A stretch of DNA of 64,000 bases from Pseudomonas phage KPP25. A model generated the notes under the pieces. The model saw only the letters and a program-made list of their open reading frames with translations. It was not told where the DNA came from and made no database searches. The DNA lies in sequence record AB910393.1, one strand, 5' to 3'. The first letter of the stretch is position 1; each line of letters starts with the position of its first letter. This document shows, piece after piece, positions 19,844-28,477 of the stretch. Both the position numbers and the translations under genes were made by a program.

Positions 19844-21715
19844 TCATGCGCTCATGTGACTGCCGTTCCCGACGCCGCGCAGGATGTCGGACAACTGCTG
19901 CGCAACGGTGCGATCCCCGCGACGCGGCCGGCGCGCGGAAAGAGGGAGCGGTGGGTTCTTAGTAAGGATCAGCTGTGCCATCCATGCAAGCGCGTCGACT
20001 ATATCATCGTGCCGGCCTACCGGGAATCGAAGGAACTCAGCCTTCATCGTCTCGATCCAGCGAGCGCCGCGGCGCAGCGTGACCATGTGGTTCGCCATAC
20101 GGCCCTGGAGCGGCCGGGCACGTGCCGATTTATCGGTCAGCGGCTTCAGCAGTTCGACCTTGACGTAGATTTTCCGCCGCTTGGCCTCGGCTTCGAAATA
20201 CGGCCTGATCGACTTCCAAATCTGCCCATCTTCCACGCCCAGGACGGGGTTGTGCGACTTGTACCGCTGCACGGTGTCGAGTATGGCCGTGACCACCTTC
20301 GAGCTGTCCCCTGTGCGCATACGGATGATGTCGTCGACGTGGATCGTGTCGTTCGGCATGTGCAACCCGGCGGCGATGACGGTGTAGTCACTGGTCTGCT
20401 TCTCGGTGATCGCGAAGTCCACGGCGATGTACGCCGTGCCGTCGTAGCGCTCGTCCCCAGGGTCGTGCTCGATGAAGTAGTCCGACTTGAAGTATTCCCC
20501 GTCGTCCGGCACCGGGTTCTGCTGGTACAGGCTGTTCCAGTCCCGTGCGTGCAAAATCCGTTTCAGATTGAGCAGGTACTTCCGGCTGTACCGGGCTTCG
20601 TGCAGAGCTTCCCCGGCCTTCCTGAACGGTACGGCGCCGGGCAGCGGTGAGTCGACGATCGTATCGTCCTGGGTCAGCCACTCGTCGTTCTCGGCCAAGG
20701 CAGCGAAGTTGACGATCTTCCATTTCTCGTACTCAGGATCTTCCTGCATCGCGGCGCAGAGCCGGCCGGACAGGTCATCATCGTGCCAGCGGGTGTTGAT
20801 CAGCAGCACGCCGCCGCCGGGGGTCAAACGAGTCAGCGCCGTCGAGGTGTACCAGTCCCAAGTCTTCTCCCGGATCGTCTCCGAATCCGCCGATTCCCGG
20901 TCCTTGAACGGGTCGTCGATGATCAGCATGTGGCAGCCCATACCAGTCACGCCGACGCCGACGCCCGCGGCACGTACACCGCCGCCTTTCGATGTGGCCC
21001 AGTCATCGATACGCTCGTTGACCAGTTCCAAGTCCGGGAAGATCGCCCTGTATTCCTGGCTCTTCACCGTGCTGAGGATGTCGCGGGACATCTTCTCGGC
21101 CAAGTCCATGCCGTAGCTGGCCAGGATGATCCCTGCCTCCGGGTATTTCCCCAGCGCCCAGGCTGGGAACTTCCGGCTGGTCTGCTCGGATTTCCCGTGC
21201 CGCGGCGGGAACGTGACCATGACGCGGGGCGACCGCCCATTCATGGAGTCGTCGAGAAATTGCTCCAGTACGCGCGCCAGGATCTCGTGGGCGACGGCTA
21301 CCTCGTACTTCGAGTTCATCTTCTGCACGAACGGGAGGAACCGCCGGCGCATGAGCGTGCGCTCGGCCATGATCTTCTGCGCGGCGGCCAGCTGGTACTC
21401 GTGGCTATCCCGGCTGACGACCCCGATACTGCCGTCCTCGTAGATCACGTGGGCCGAATTCGACCGCGTGTTCTCACGCATGATCTTCGGGTTGGCGCGG
21501 GGCTTCTTCTTGTCGATCCGGTCTTTCTTCAGCTTGGCCGTTTTCGGGATCGGCACGGTATCGACAGGATCGTTCGCTACATCGACGATCTTGTTCCCTC
21601 GGCCGGCGACGCGGCAGGACAGACAGATCCCGGTGCTGTGCCTGGGGGTATAGATCGGCGATTCGCACTTCGAGCAGTGCCAGCGCGGCTTACGCTCACT
21701 CGACGTATTCGGCAT
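19844..21715 (-). CDS. terL: terminase large subunit, 623 aa
   Basis: Walker A (FPPRHGKSE), Walker B-like (LLINTRWHDDD) and nuclease-domain acidic motifs (DDIVDALAWM), plus an N-terminal Cys4 zinc ribbon. Overlaps terS by 20 nt. Confidence 0.9.
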   Translation of the reverse strand: MPNTSSERKPRWHCSKCESPIYTPRHSTGICLSCRVAGRGNKIVDVANDPVDTVPIPKTAKLKKDRIDKKKPRANPKIMRENTRSNSAHVIYEDGSIGVVSRDSHEYQLAAAQKIMAERTLMRRRFLPFVQKMNSKYEVAVAHEILARVLEQFLDDSMNGRSPRVMVTFPPRHGKSEQTSRKFPAWALGKYPEAGIILASYGMDLAEKMSRDILSTVKSQEYRAIFPDLELVNERIDDWATSKGGGVRAAGVGVGVTGMGCHMLIIDDPFKDRESADSETIREKTWDWYTSTALTRLTPGGGVLLINTRWHDDDLSGRLCAAMQEDPEYEKWKIVNFAALAENDEWLTQDDTIVDSPLPGAVPFRKAGEALHEARYSRKYLLNLKRILHARDWNSLYQQNPVPDDGEYFKSDYFIEHDPGDERYDGTAYIAVDFAITEKQTSDYTVIAAGLHMPNDTIHVDDIIRMRTGDSSKVVTAILDTVQRYKSHNPVLGVEDGQIWKSIRPYFEAEAKRRKIYVKVELLKPLTDKSARARPLQGRMANHMVTLRRGARWIETMKAEFLRFPVGRHDDIVDALAWMAQLILTKNPPLPLSARRPRRGDRTVAQQLSDILRGVGNGSHMSA

Positions 21716-22394
21716 CTTCGGCTCCTTCGATTTCCTCGGCCGACAAGATCCGGCTGTTCTCTTGGATCACCTTCAACAACTCGGCGTCGGTCTTGGTCTG
21801 CATCTGCGCTGCGATCTGCGCCGCGCCGCCGGTGATCTCGATCTTGACCTTGGCCTCATACATCCCGTGCATCAGGCCCAGTTCCCGGTAGCCGGCGATC
21901 ATCGTGCGGGGGTCAGCCATCTGCCGGGCGATGGCAATGGCATCCCGGAACCCATGGATGATCTCTTCGCGCGTGACCTCGCTGATTTCCATGTTCTTTT
22001 CGAAGAGCGTACGCAGCGCGCGCTGTACGCCGACACGGTTCATCAGCTTCTTGGCATCCGCCGCGGGGGAGGGGAAGTTCGCGCCGGCGGCGGCATCGAC
22101 AGGACTCTGCCCCTGGGCCACACGGATGCAGAACTCCCTTTCCATCGGGTCAAGGTCCATCAGGGACTTCGCGCGGGTGCGCTGGAGCTTGTAGTGACGC
22201 TGCTCGTCAGGGTCGACGAACGAATGCTCCGACTTGACCTCAGCCACTGCGGTCGATGCGCGTGACATGGCGGTGGCCGCCTTGGTTTTCGAGGGCGGCC
22301 GCCGGGAAGTGGCCTTGGTAGCGGTTGTCTTGGTAGCGGTTGTCTTGGTAGCGGTCTTGGTGACCTTGGTAGCGGTCTTGGTGGTGCGTGCCAT
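21696..22394 (-). CDS. terS: terminase small subunit, ~232 aa
   Basis: Sits immediately upstream of and overlapping terL. GGAG Shine-Dalgarno before the ATG at 22394. N-terminal TKTATK tandem repeats. The conserved C-terminal region resembles small-terminase families. Confidence 0.7.
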   Translation of the reverse strand: MARTTKTATKVTKTATKTTATKTTATKATSRRPPSKTKAATAMSRASTAVAEVKSEHSFVDPDEQRHYKLQRTRAKSLMDLDPMEREFCIRVAQGQSPVDAAAGANFPSPAADAKKLMNRVGVQRALRTLFEKNMEISEVTREEIIHGFRDAIAIARQMADPRTMIAGYRELGLMHGMYEAKVKIEITGGAAQIAAQMQTKTDAELLKVIQENSRILSAEEIEGAEDAEYVE

Positions 22395-22541
22395 GTCGTA
22401 CTCCACGGGGATGGGACGGCTGTTTCATGGCACAAAGTGTAGCGGGGCGGGGAGTAGGTGGTCCATCCGTGGACCGGTCGGCATGGCTCGCGGGTTCAGT
22501 CTACGCAGCTGCCGAGGGGCGCGTAAAGAGGTCGGCGCAGG

Positions 22542-22841
22542 TCAGATTTCGAGCGATTCGTTGATTTTGATAAGCGCCAGCTCTACATAGCGCAGGCGGT
22601 CGTTCAGGGAGTCGAGTGCATTGAACAAAGGACTATGTACGGCAGGAGACACCGGCACGTCGTTATTTGCCTTGACGGTGGTCAGCATGACCGGTGCGAG
22701 CCGGGCGGCCAGTTCGTCCACTGCACGATCGAGGCGGTTGACGGTACGCTCGATTTCGACGATGGCATCGGCCACGGGCGAAGAGGCCGTAGATTGCGCA
22801 GCCTGCGCGGTGTTGAGGTCGGCGTGAGTAGGTGCAAACAT
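22542..22841 (-). CDS. hypothetical protein, 99 aa
   Basis: AGGAG Shine-Dalgarno 9 nt upstream of the ATG at 22841. Confidence 0.5.
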   Translation of the reverse strand: MFAPTHADLNTAQAAQSTASSPVADAIVEIERTVNRLDRAVDELAARLAPVMLTTVKANNDVPVSPAVHSPLFNALDSLNDRLRYVELALIKINESLEI

Positions 22842-22846
22842 GGTAG

Positions 22847-23206
22847 TCACTCCTGTACGGGGCTGGTGAGGCCGTTGGGTTCCAGGCGCACATCCATCCA
22901 GGCGCGGAAGCCGGCCAGTTCCCACAGCTTGTCGCGGGCCTGATCCAGGGCTTTGCCGGTGGCGATGCGCTCGCCGATCTCACGATTGAAGTTGTTCGGG
23001 TCCACGCAGGCGCTGATGGCAGTAGCCAGGGTGAACTCACCGTCGAGCAGCGCGACGGCAACTGTCGTGGTGGTGCCTTCTACGACGTGGCAGCGGACGA
23101 CCACACGGTTGAACAGGCTCTGGATATACGACGAGGGGATGCGCGGGGCGGTCAAACCCTTGGCTTTCATTTCCTGCTCGGTCTTGCTCTCGGATTCGAT
23201 GGACAT
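22847..23206 (-). CDS. hypothetical protein, 119 aa
   Basis: AGGAG Shine-Dalgarno. Start abuts the upstream stop. Confidence 0.5.
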   Translation of the reverse strand: MSIESESKTEQEMKAKGLTAPRIPSSYIQSLFNRVVVRCHVVEGTTTTVAVALLDGEFTLATAISACVDPNNFNREIGERIATGKALDQARDKLWELAGFRAWMDVRLEPNGLTSPVQE

Positions 23207-23210
23207 TCGA

Positions 23211-23642
23211 TCACTCCTGGGGCTTGTTGAGTTCGTGGTCGTCGGTGATGACGAGATCGGCGTTCGCACCGGTGATCGCTCCCGACAGTGCAGACGGTTC
23301 AGCGTGCATCAGCTCGTGTTCAGCACGTTCGATCTCGGCGCGCTTGGACTCGATCACGTCCTTGTTGCTGTAGGAACCGTGCTTGCCTTCTTCCACTTCA
23401 CGAGCCAGCTCTTCGATGGAGGGCAGGCCGAAGGCTTCACGAGCGCGTTGGATGATGCCGCCGTACGAGTTGACCAGATCCATGTGCAGGGTGGCCAGTT
23501 CGCGCATGGCGTCGTCGGCCTGGAACTGATCTTCGGAGTCGATGCACTGCTGGAGGTATTCGATACGGGACTTGAGGTAGTCGAGGTCGTTGAGGTGGGT
23601 AACGCAGGCTGCGATGGTGACTTGCTTCAGGGAAGGGTTCAT
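23211..23642 (-). CDS. hypothetical protein, 144 aa (first gene of the minus arm)
   Basis: AAGGA Shine-Dalgarno 8 nt upstream of the ATG at 23642. Confidence 0.55.
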   Translation of the reverse strand: MNPSLKQVTIAACVTHLNDLDYLKSRIEYLQQCIDSEDQFQADDAMRELATLHMDLVNSYGGIIQRAREAFGLPSIEELAREVEEGKHGSYSNKDVIESKRAEIERAEHELMHAEPSALSGAITGANADLVITDDHELNKPQE

Positions 23643-23969
23643 GCCGTGATCCTTTGCGGTTGGGTTGAACGCGGTGAATGTAGCACTGAAACGTTCAACG
23701 TGACAACCTTGTGGGTTGGTGGTTTTATTTTGAAACTGCTCCGATGGCCTTGCGGTTTTGTTTTTGACGACCTCGCGACTTTGTTTTAGATGGCCATGGG
23801 AGCGTGGGGGCAGGTCCACCCCTCCCCTTCAAAACACCCACTCCCCGCTTCGGATTCGTTTTCGTCTCCGACCAAAAGAATTCTTACCCCCTCCCCCTAT
23901 GCCTCTCGTGATTCGCGGAGCGAATCACCCTTACTCCTTGTGTCTTTCATCCACACTGGAGTTCGCATC
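23643..23969. promoter_or_regulatory. divergent intergenic control region between the two arms
   Basis: Contains an inverted repeat GTTGAACG-N20-CGTTCAAC (23664..23699), three gTTTTnTTTTg tracts, CCCCTCCCC tracts, and a perfect 9-bp stem/GGA-loop hairpin (23908..23928). Confidence 0.5.
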
Positions 23970-24200
23970 ATGACCTTGCTCGCTCGCTACAAGACCTTCG
24001 TTTCGGTTCTCAACCGTGTGCTTGCTCTCAAGTTCAGCCTCGGCTTGATCATCTTCTGCATCACCTACGTCGGCATCAGTGCCTTTGGCTTCTATGCCTT
24101 GTGGTTCACCTACGGCTGGTGGTGCGTACCCATCCTCGCTGGCGCTACCGTGGTCATCTACTACACGCAGCGCTTCTTCATCGACGCCATCTTCATCTGA
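23970..24200 (+). CDS. small membrane protein, 76 aa
   Basis: Two hydrophobic helices. First plus-arm gene. Confidence 0.5.
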   Translation: MTLLARYKTFVSVLNRVLALKFSLGLIIFCITYVGISAFGFYALWFTYGWWCVPILAGATVVIYYTQRFFIDAIFI

Positions 24201-24268
24201 CCTACCGTGCGCGCTGCGGAGCAGCGCGCTCTCTGTCTCTACGCATTCATTCACTTCGAGGATCTACC

Positions 24269-24550
24269 ATGTCCACTTTCGCTGCTCTGAAGAACCTGGG
24301 TTCGGCCATCGTCTCCGACATCGCTGCTGGCGCACGCGCGACCGCATCTGCAACCAGCTCGGCCTACGAGTCGGTCAGCGCCAAGGTCGCGCACAAGCGT
24401 GGCGAGCGCCAGATCATCAACGAGTTCCGCAACATGCTGAACGAACATCCTGGCGAGCTGCTGGCTGCGATGCGCAGCATTCAGGATCAGCTCGCACAGC
24501 CGGCCAAGCCTGCACGCAAGCCTCGCGCTCGCAAGGCGGCTGCACAATGA
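24269..24550 (+). CDS. hypothetical protein, 93 aa
   Basis: AGGA Shine-Dalgarno. Basic C-terminus. Confidence 0.5.
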   Translation: MSTFAALKNLGSAIVSDIAAGARATASATSSAYESVSAKVAHKRGERQIINEFRNMLNEHPGELLAAMRSIQDQLAQPAKPARKPRARKAAAQ

Positions 24551-24744
24551 GCCAGTCGCAGGTCAACGAGTTCCTGGCTCTGCTCCAGGCCAACCGCCAG
24601 CTGATGGCGCAGCTGTCCGAAGCATTCGGCACTGCGCTTGAAATGGCCGACCACCACATGGCGAGCGCATCGCGGCACATGGCTCGCATCAACGACGAGC
24701 TGCTGGCCGCGGTGCATCGCATCGAGAATCCATCGCAGGTCTGA
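24547..24744 (+). CDS. hypothetical protein, 65 aa
   Basis: ATGA start/stop overlap with the upstream gene. Confidence 0.45.
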   Translation: MSQSQVNEFLALLQANRQLMAQLSEAFGTALEMADHHMASASRHMARINDELLAAVHRIENPSQV

Positions 24745-24750
24745 CGACGA

Positions 24751-24779
24751 GGGCGCACCGGGAGGTGCGCCCCTTTTTG
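24751..24779 (+). terminator. rho-independent terminator
   Basis: GGGCGCACC-GGGA-GGTGCGCCC followed by CTTTTTGT. Confidence 0.6.
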
Positions 24780-24820
24780 TCGTTGTGGCAATTCCGCCAC
24801 TTTATATAGGACTCCGTACC

Positions 24821-25612
24821 ATGACCTACATCACCGATCTGCTCGATTCCAAGTCCCCGGCTGCTCTGGCTGCTCTGCGCACCACTGCGAACAGCTGCCT
24901 GATGCGTGCCGTCAACCAGTCACTGCGGCTGGCGCGCATCGAGCTGCGCAACGTCGGCGCTGGCATCGACGGCGCGAACAACCTGCGTGCCAACGCCGAC
25001 GCCGCTAAGGCTCGCGCGAAGCAGCTCGAAGGCGCTGGCAAGCAGGGGATCACCGCTGAAGAGATCATCCAGCGCAACTTCCGCATGTACTACGCGATCG
25101 CTGTACGCCTGGAAGACCGCGACAACGAGTACGAGCGCGCCATGACCGTCGATCAGGCGTTCGAGCTGGTAACCACGCCGCGCGACAGCAGCAAGTTGTC
25201 GCAGTCCGTGGAGCTGGCTGCACTGTCGAAAATCTCCGGCATGTCGCCTGAAGACATCCTGAAGATGCGCGACCTCGACGCCCGCCGGTTCGCCGACTCG
25301 GCCAAGGATGCGGTGCCGCTGGCTCGCACGCTGCTCGACGACGTTTCCCACAACGGCGTCGGTGAGGACGAGCTGTTCCTCGAACTTCCGGTCCAGCAGC
25401 AGTTCCAGACCTTCGCCAAGGCAACCGAGGCTGCGGTCATCCAGCTGCAACGCGACACGCAGCGTGCTGCTCGCTTCCTCGAAAGCCCGGTGCGTGCTCT
25501 GCGTGACCTCGCGTTCAGCGACGTGACCGTGAGCAAGGCCGATGCGGACTCCCTGGAGAAACAGCTGGAGCACTTCATCGTCACCCACAAGTCCGAACTG
25601 GAATTCATGTAA
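24821..25612 (+). CDS. hypothetical protein, 264 aa
   Basis: ATG at 24821 preceded by a TTATATAGG AT-rich box and no obvious Shine-Dalgarno. Confidence 0.55.
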   Translation: MTYITDLLDSKSPAALAALRTTANSCLMRAVNQSLRLARIELRNVGAGIDGANNLRANADAAKARAKQLEGAGKQGITAEEIIQRNFRMYYAIAVRLEDRDNEYERAMTVDQAFELVTTPRDSSKLSQSVELAALSKISGMSPEDILKMRDLDARRFADSAKDAVPLARTLLDDVSHNGVGEDELFLELPVQQQFQTFAKATEAAVIQLQRDTQRAARFLESPVRALRDLAFSDVTVSKADADSLEKQLEHFIVTHKSELEFM

Positions 25613-25688
25613 ACCCTGGCGCTCGGCTCTTCGGAGTCGAGCGCCTTTTCCGCGTTCTACCCTCAACCACCAACCGCGCCTGGGCGCT

Positions 25689-26105
25689 ATGGACATCACT
25701 ATGGACATCATCAAAAGCAACACCAACGAAGTCGACACCGACGCTGTAATGGAAGAACTCCACAACATCATGGCCAGCTACGCCGAGCGCGGCATATTCC
25801 TGTCGCTCTACTTCACCACCAACATCGAAATCGTCAACAAGGACGGCAACGATTACGGCTTCCGTGCTGCACGCGGCATGGTCAGCGTACCGGGCTGGGT
25901 GCATGGCGGTGGTATCGGCGCTGTCCTGAGCGCTATGGGTGAAGGCGTCGAGTTCACCGACAACCCGATCACCCTGGTGATGCGCGCTGCTCAACATGCC
26001 GCGGCGCACCAACAACTGATCACCGAGCACATGAATCAGGTGGGCGAAATCGGCCTGATCCAGCTTGTGGATAACTCCAAGTTGGACGTGGTGAAAGCCG
26101 ACTGA
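25689..26105 (+). CDS. hypothetical protein, 139 aa
   Basis: Co-directional ORF. Confidence 0.5.
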   Translation: MDITMDIIKSNTNEVDTDAVMEELHNIMASYAERGIFLSLYFTTNIEIVNKDGNDYGFRAARGMVSVPGWVHGGGIGAVLSAMGEGVEFTDNPITLVMRAAQHAAAHQQLITEHMNQVGEIGLIQLVDNSKLDVVKAD

Positions 26106-26269
26106 TTTCCGCACGTGTGTGAGGGGATCGGAGGGGGCCGACCCGCCCCCTTCTCCCCTCCGCCCTTTCTGTATCGATCGCTAACCTAAGTGGTTGTTTC
26201 TTGAAACCAATTAGCTTTTTCTATCGCTGTAACGCTTTCGTTCCAAACAGGATGAGACTGACTCTCAAC

Positions 26270-26735
26270 AACCGTCACGATGTTACGAAATTCCGTCCAC
26301 CGACGAAAATTTCGTAACACGCTCCAGCCCAGGCAGCACTAGGGGCACAGAGCTTTCTGTTACGATGTTACGATCTTTTCTTCTTTATTCCACTACAGAA
26401 AATAAAAAAATAATAATAGATATAGTTAATAAGTATATAGGGCCACATATACACTGTATCTGTAGCGGAATAGCGCAGAACTTCGTAACATTCGTGACAA
26501 AAGTGGCTCAAACCCGCGTGGCACTAAGGCTCCAGCGTGTTACGAAATTTTTTGAGATCGTGACAATCGTGACAAAATTTCCCGGCCAAAACCCCGCAAA
26601 CCCGCGTGGCACTAAGGCTCCAGCCTGTTACGAAATTTTTTGAAGATCGTGACAAAACCTCGGTGTCACCCGGCACAAACCCGCGTGGCACTAAGGCTCC
26701 AGCGTGTTACGAAATTTTTTATGCACTTTCCGTCA
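26270..26735. repeat. element A: AT-rich, repeat-dense non-coding element (hairpin, GTTACGA and TCGTGACA repeats, three 45-bp tandem direct repeats)
   Basis: Hairpin 26281..26319 (12-bp stem, 14-nt loop). AT-rich core 26380..26450 in a GC-rich genome. 45-bp direct repeats at 26509..26553, 26597..26641 and 26676..26720. Homologous to 58130..58440. Confidence 0.85.
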
Positions 26736-26781
26736 CTCCGTGACCAGATCCTTCATTTCAGTCATCCACAGGAGCCTGGAA

Positions 26782-26985
26782 ATGCGCGTCCGCGACGTTC
26801 TGTTCTTCGCCATTTTTGCTTTCTTCGTCTTCATCGCCATGGCCATCTTCGTTTATGCCCCGGCAAAGGCCAGGAAAGCGCATTTCGAGGCGTGTTCAGC
26901 GCAAGGTGGGGTGTTGGTATACACCCGGTACGAAACCCCTCTATGCGTGAAATCTGACGCCTTCCTGTCCATCCCTAACTATTAG
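26782..26985 (+). CDS. small membrane/secreted protein, 67 aa
   Basis: AGGAG Shine-Dalgarno. Hydrophobic N-terminus. Confidence 0.45.
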   Translation: MRVRDVLFFAIFAFFVFIAMAIFVYAPAKARKAHFEACSAQGGVLVYTRYETPLCVKSDAFLSIPNY

Positions 26986-26996
26986 GAGATCACCCC

Positions 26997-27323
26997 ATGT
27001 TCGTCGACGCTCTGGCCTTCGGTTTCATGGCTGCCATCGGCATCTTCATCCTGCTATGGCGTCTGCCTCGCATCCTCGTCCTGCATCTGCTGGGTATGGG
27101 TTTCCTGCTCGACACGGCGTTCACCACCCTGGTGTTCTGGATGCACTGGGGCACAGCCATCGGCATGTTCGTCGCCACGATCGGCGGTCTGTTCGGGTCC
27201 GCCGGCATCAGTCTGGCCAAAGGCGTGCTCGGCTCGATCGACTTCAAGACCAAGCAGTACAAAGCTGGTTGGTTCGGTGACCGTCGCCCGCCCGAGTACA
27301 AGACCACTCCGCCGGCCAACTGA
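26997..27323 (+). CDS. membrane protein, 108 aa (~3 TMD)
   Basis: Hydrophobic helices. Confidence 0.5.
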   Translation: MFVDALAFGFMAAIGIFILLWRLPRILVLHLLGMGFLLDTAFTTLVFWMHWGTAIGMFVATIGGLFGSAGISLAKGVLGSIDFKTKQYKAGWFGDRRPPEYKTTPPAN

Positions 27324-27327
27324 GCAC

Positions 27328-27359
27328 CCACTCACCCACTCACCCGCTCACCCGCTCAC
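27328..27359. repeat. 8-bp tandem repeat (CCCACTCA/CCCGCTCA) x4
   Basis: Read directly from the sequence. Lies 40 bp upstream of the pentapeptide-repeat gene. Confidence 0.8.
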
Positions 27360-27397
27360 CCTTCCCACGACCAAACTCTCATTGCCAGGAGCACGCC

Positions 27398-28474
27398 ATG
27401 CCGAGCTACGCCGATTACCCCATGCCTACTAAACACAAACGCTTGATCACCAAAGTCGAGGTATCGAAAGCGTTCGAGGCTGATCTGGACAACCACCTCC
27501 CGGTAGTGAGTGAATTGGCCAAGGTCAGAACCTACGCAGACTATGGACTGCGTGGCACGTCCAGCTACGACTCGTATGTGAATGGTTTCGACTTCGACAA
27601 GTCCAACGCTCCCGACGCTATTCCGTATATCGGCTCGAAGGCCCAACTCGCCAAAGCCAGGACACAACACCATGGCTTGTTCGACAAGCACGTGTTCAAC
27701 CTGGCTTTGGCTCGTCACAACCCCAACCCCGGCACCCTCATGAAACCTTCTAGAAGCCGACTCGACCGGTCCATGTGCTACAGCCAGTTCACCGACTGCT
27801 TCTTCGACGACTGCCTTTTTCAAAACATCGATATAGTCGACGCAACATTTACGAACTGCGTTTTCTTCGGTTGCACGTTCAACAACTGCGCTAGCTACCG
27901 CACCAAGTTCGTCAACTGCATTTTCCTCAGTACGTTTTTTCAAGAAGGCAAGTGGGCGAACGCCAAATTCACCGGCTGCAAAATGTACAGGGTACGCTTC
28001 TGCCTATCGACACATTCCGTCTCTACGTCGATGCCACAACTCGAATACGTTCAGTTCTACATGTCGAAACTCGTAGACGTAACCTTCGAAGGCGATATCT
28101 TCTATGACACTATCTTTCCGATGTCCCACTTGATCGGCGTGGCCCTGATAGATGTCGACCTAGCGAACGTGGATATGCGCACAGCACTCCACGTCGACAT
28201 CGAAAGCATGCGCGGATGCAGGCTCAGCCGACCGAATCCGACGCAGTTCATGTCGATGAACATCCACGACTACCCGATCGTGTACACCTCGAACGTCATA
28301 CAGATCGGTTGTCAGGCGTTCAGCATGGACCAGCTACGCCACTGCATCAGCATGGAAACGCAGGAGCTGTACCAGCTGGCTTCCGATGCGCCGAGATTGG
28401 TGAAAGCCCACCTGAAGTGGCTGCTCAAGACCATCGAGCGCTTCAAACCCAAGCCGCTCCCGTACGAGTGCTGA
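27398..28474 (+). CDS. pentapeptide-repeat protein (Qnr/MfpA-like beta-helix, possible DNA mimic), 358 aa
   Basis: More than 25 consecutive 5-residue repeats with a hydrophobic (F/L/I/M) residue at every fifth position (e.g. DCFFD DCLFQ NIDIV DATFT NCVFF GCTFN NCASY ...). Confidence 0.75.
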   Translation: MPSYADYPMPTKHKRLITKVEVSKAFEADLDNHLPVVSELAKVRTYADYGLRGTSSYDSYVNGFDFDKSNAPDAIPYIGSKAQLAKARTQHHGLFDKHVFNLALARHNPNPGTLMKPSRSRLDRSMCYSQFTDCFFDDCLFQNIDIVDATFTNCVFFGCTFNNCASYRTKFVNCIFLSTFFQEGKWANAKFTGCKMYRVRFCLSTHSVSTSMPQLEYVQFYMSKLVDVTFEGDIFYDTIFPMSHLIGVALIDVDLANVDMRTALHVDIESMRGCRLSRPNPTQFMSMNIHDYPIVYTSNVIQIGCQAFSMDQLRHCISMETQELYQLASDAPRLVKAHLKWLLKTIERFKPKPLPYEC

Positions 28475-28477
28475 ACA

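Noticed and set aside
23643-23969. Integrase, attachment site or lysogeny module near the divergent region.
   Set aside because: No integrase, repressor or excisionase-like ORFs were found anywhere. The layout is that of a strictly lytic phage with two transcription arms.
26519-26545. Sigma-54 promoter (TGGCAC) inside the 45-bp repeat.
   Set aside because: The spacing from GG to GC is one nucleotide short of the TGGCAC-N5-TTGC consensus, and the -12 element reads CTCC rather than TTGC.
26461-26560. tRNA-like segment (GTAGCGGAATAGCGCAG resembles a D-arm).
   Set aside because: No acceptor-stem pairing or T-psi-C (GTTCRANYC) arm could be built.
26365-26643. ORF of 92 aa inside the AT-rich element A.
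   Set aside because: It runs through low-complexity AT-rich repeat DNA, has a poly-Ile/Lys composition and no Shine-Dalgarno. It is more likely non-coding regulatory DNA.
26509-26720. Possible CRISPR array (three 45-bp direct repeats with 43- and 34-bp spacers).
   Set aside because: There are only three copies. The spacers themselves contain the recurring TCGTGACA motif. There are no cas genes, and the same motif appears in inverted orientation at a second locus. A promoter or iteron cluster fits better.
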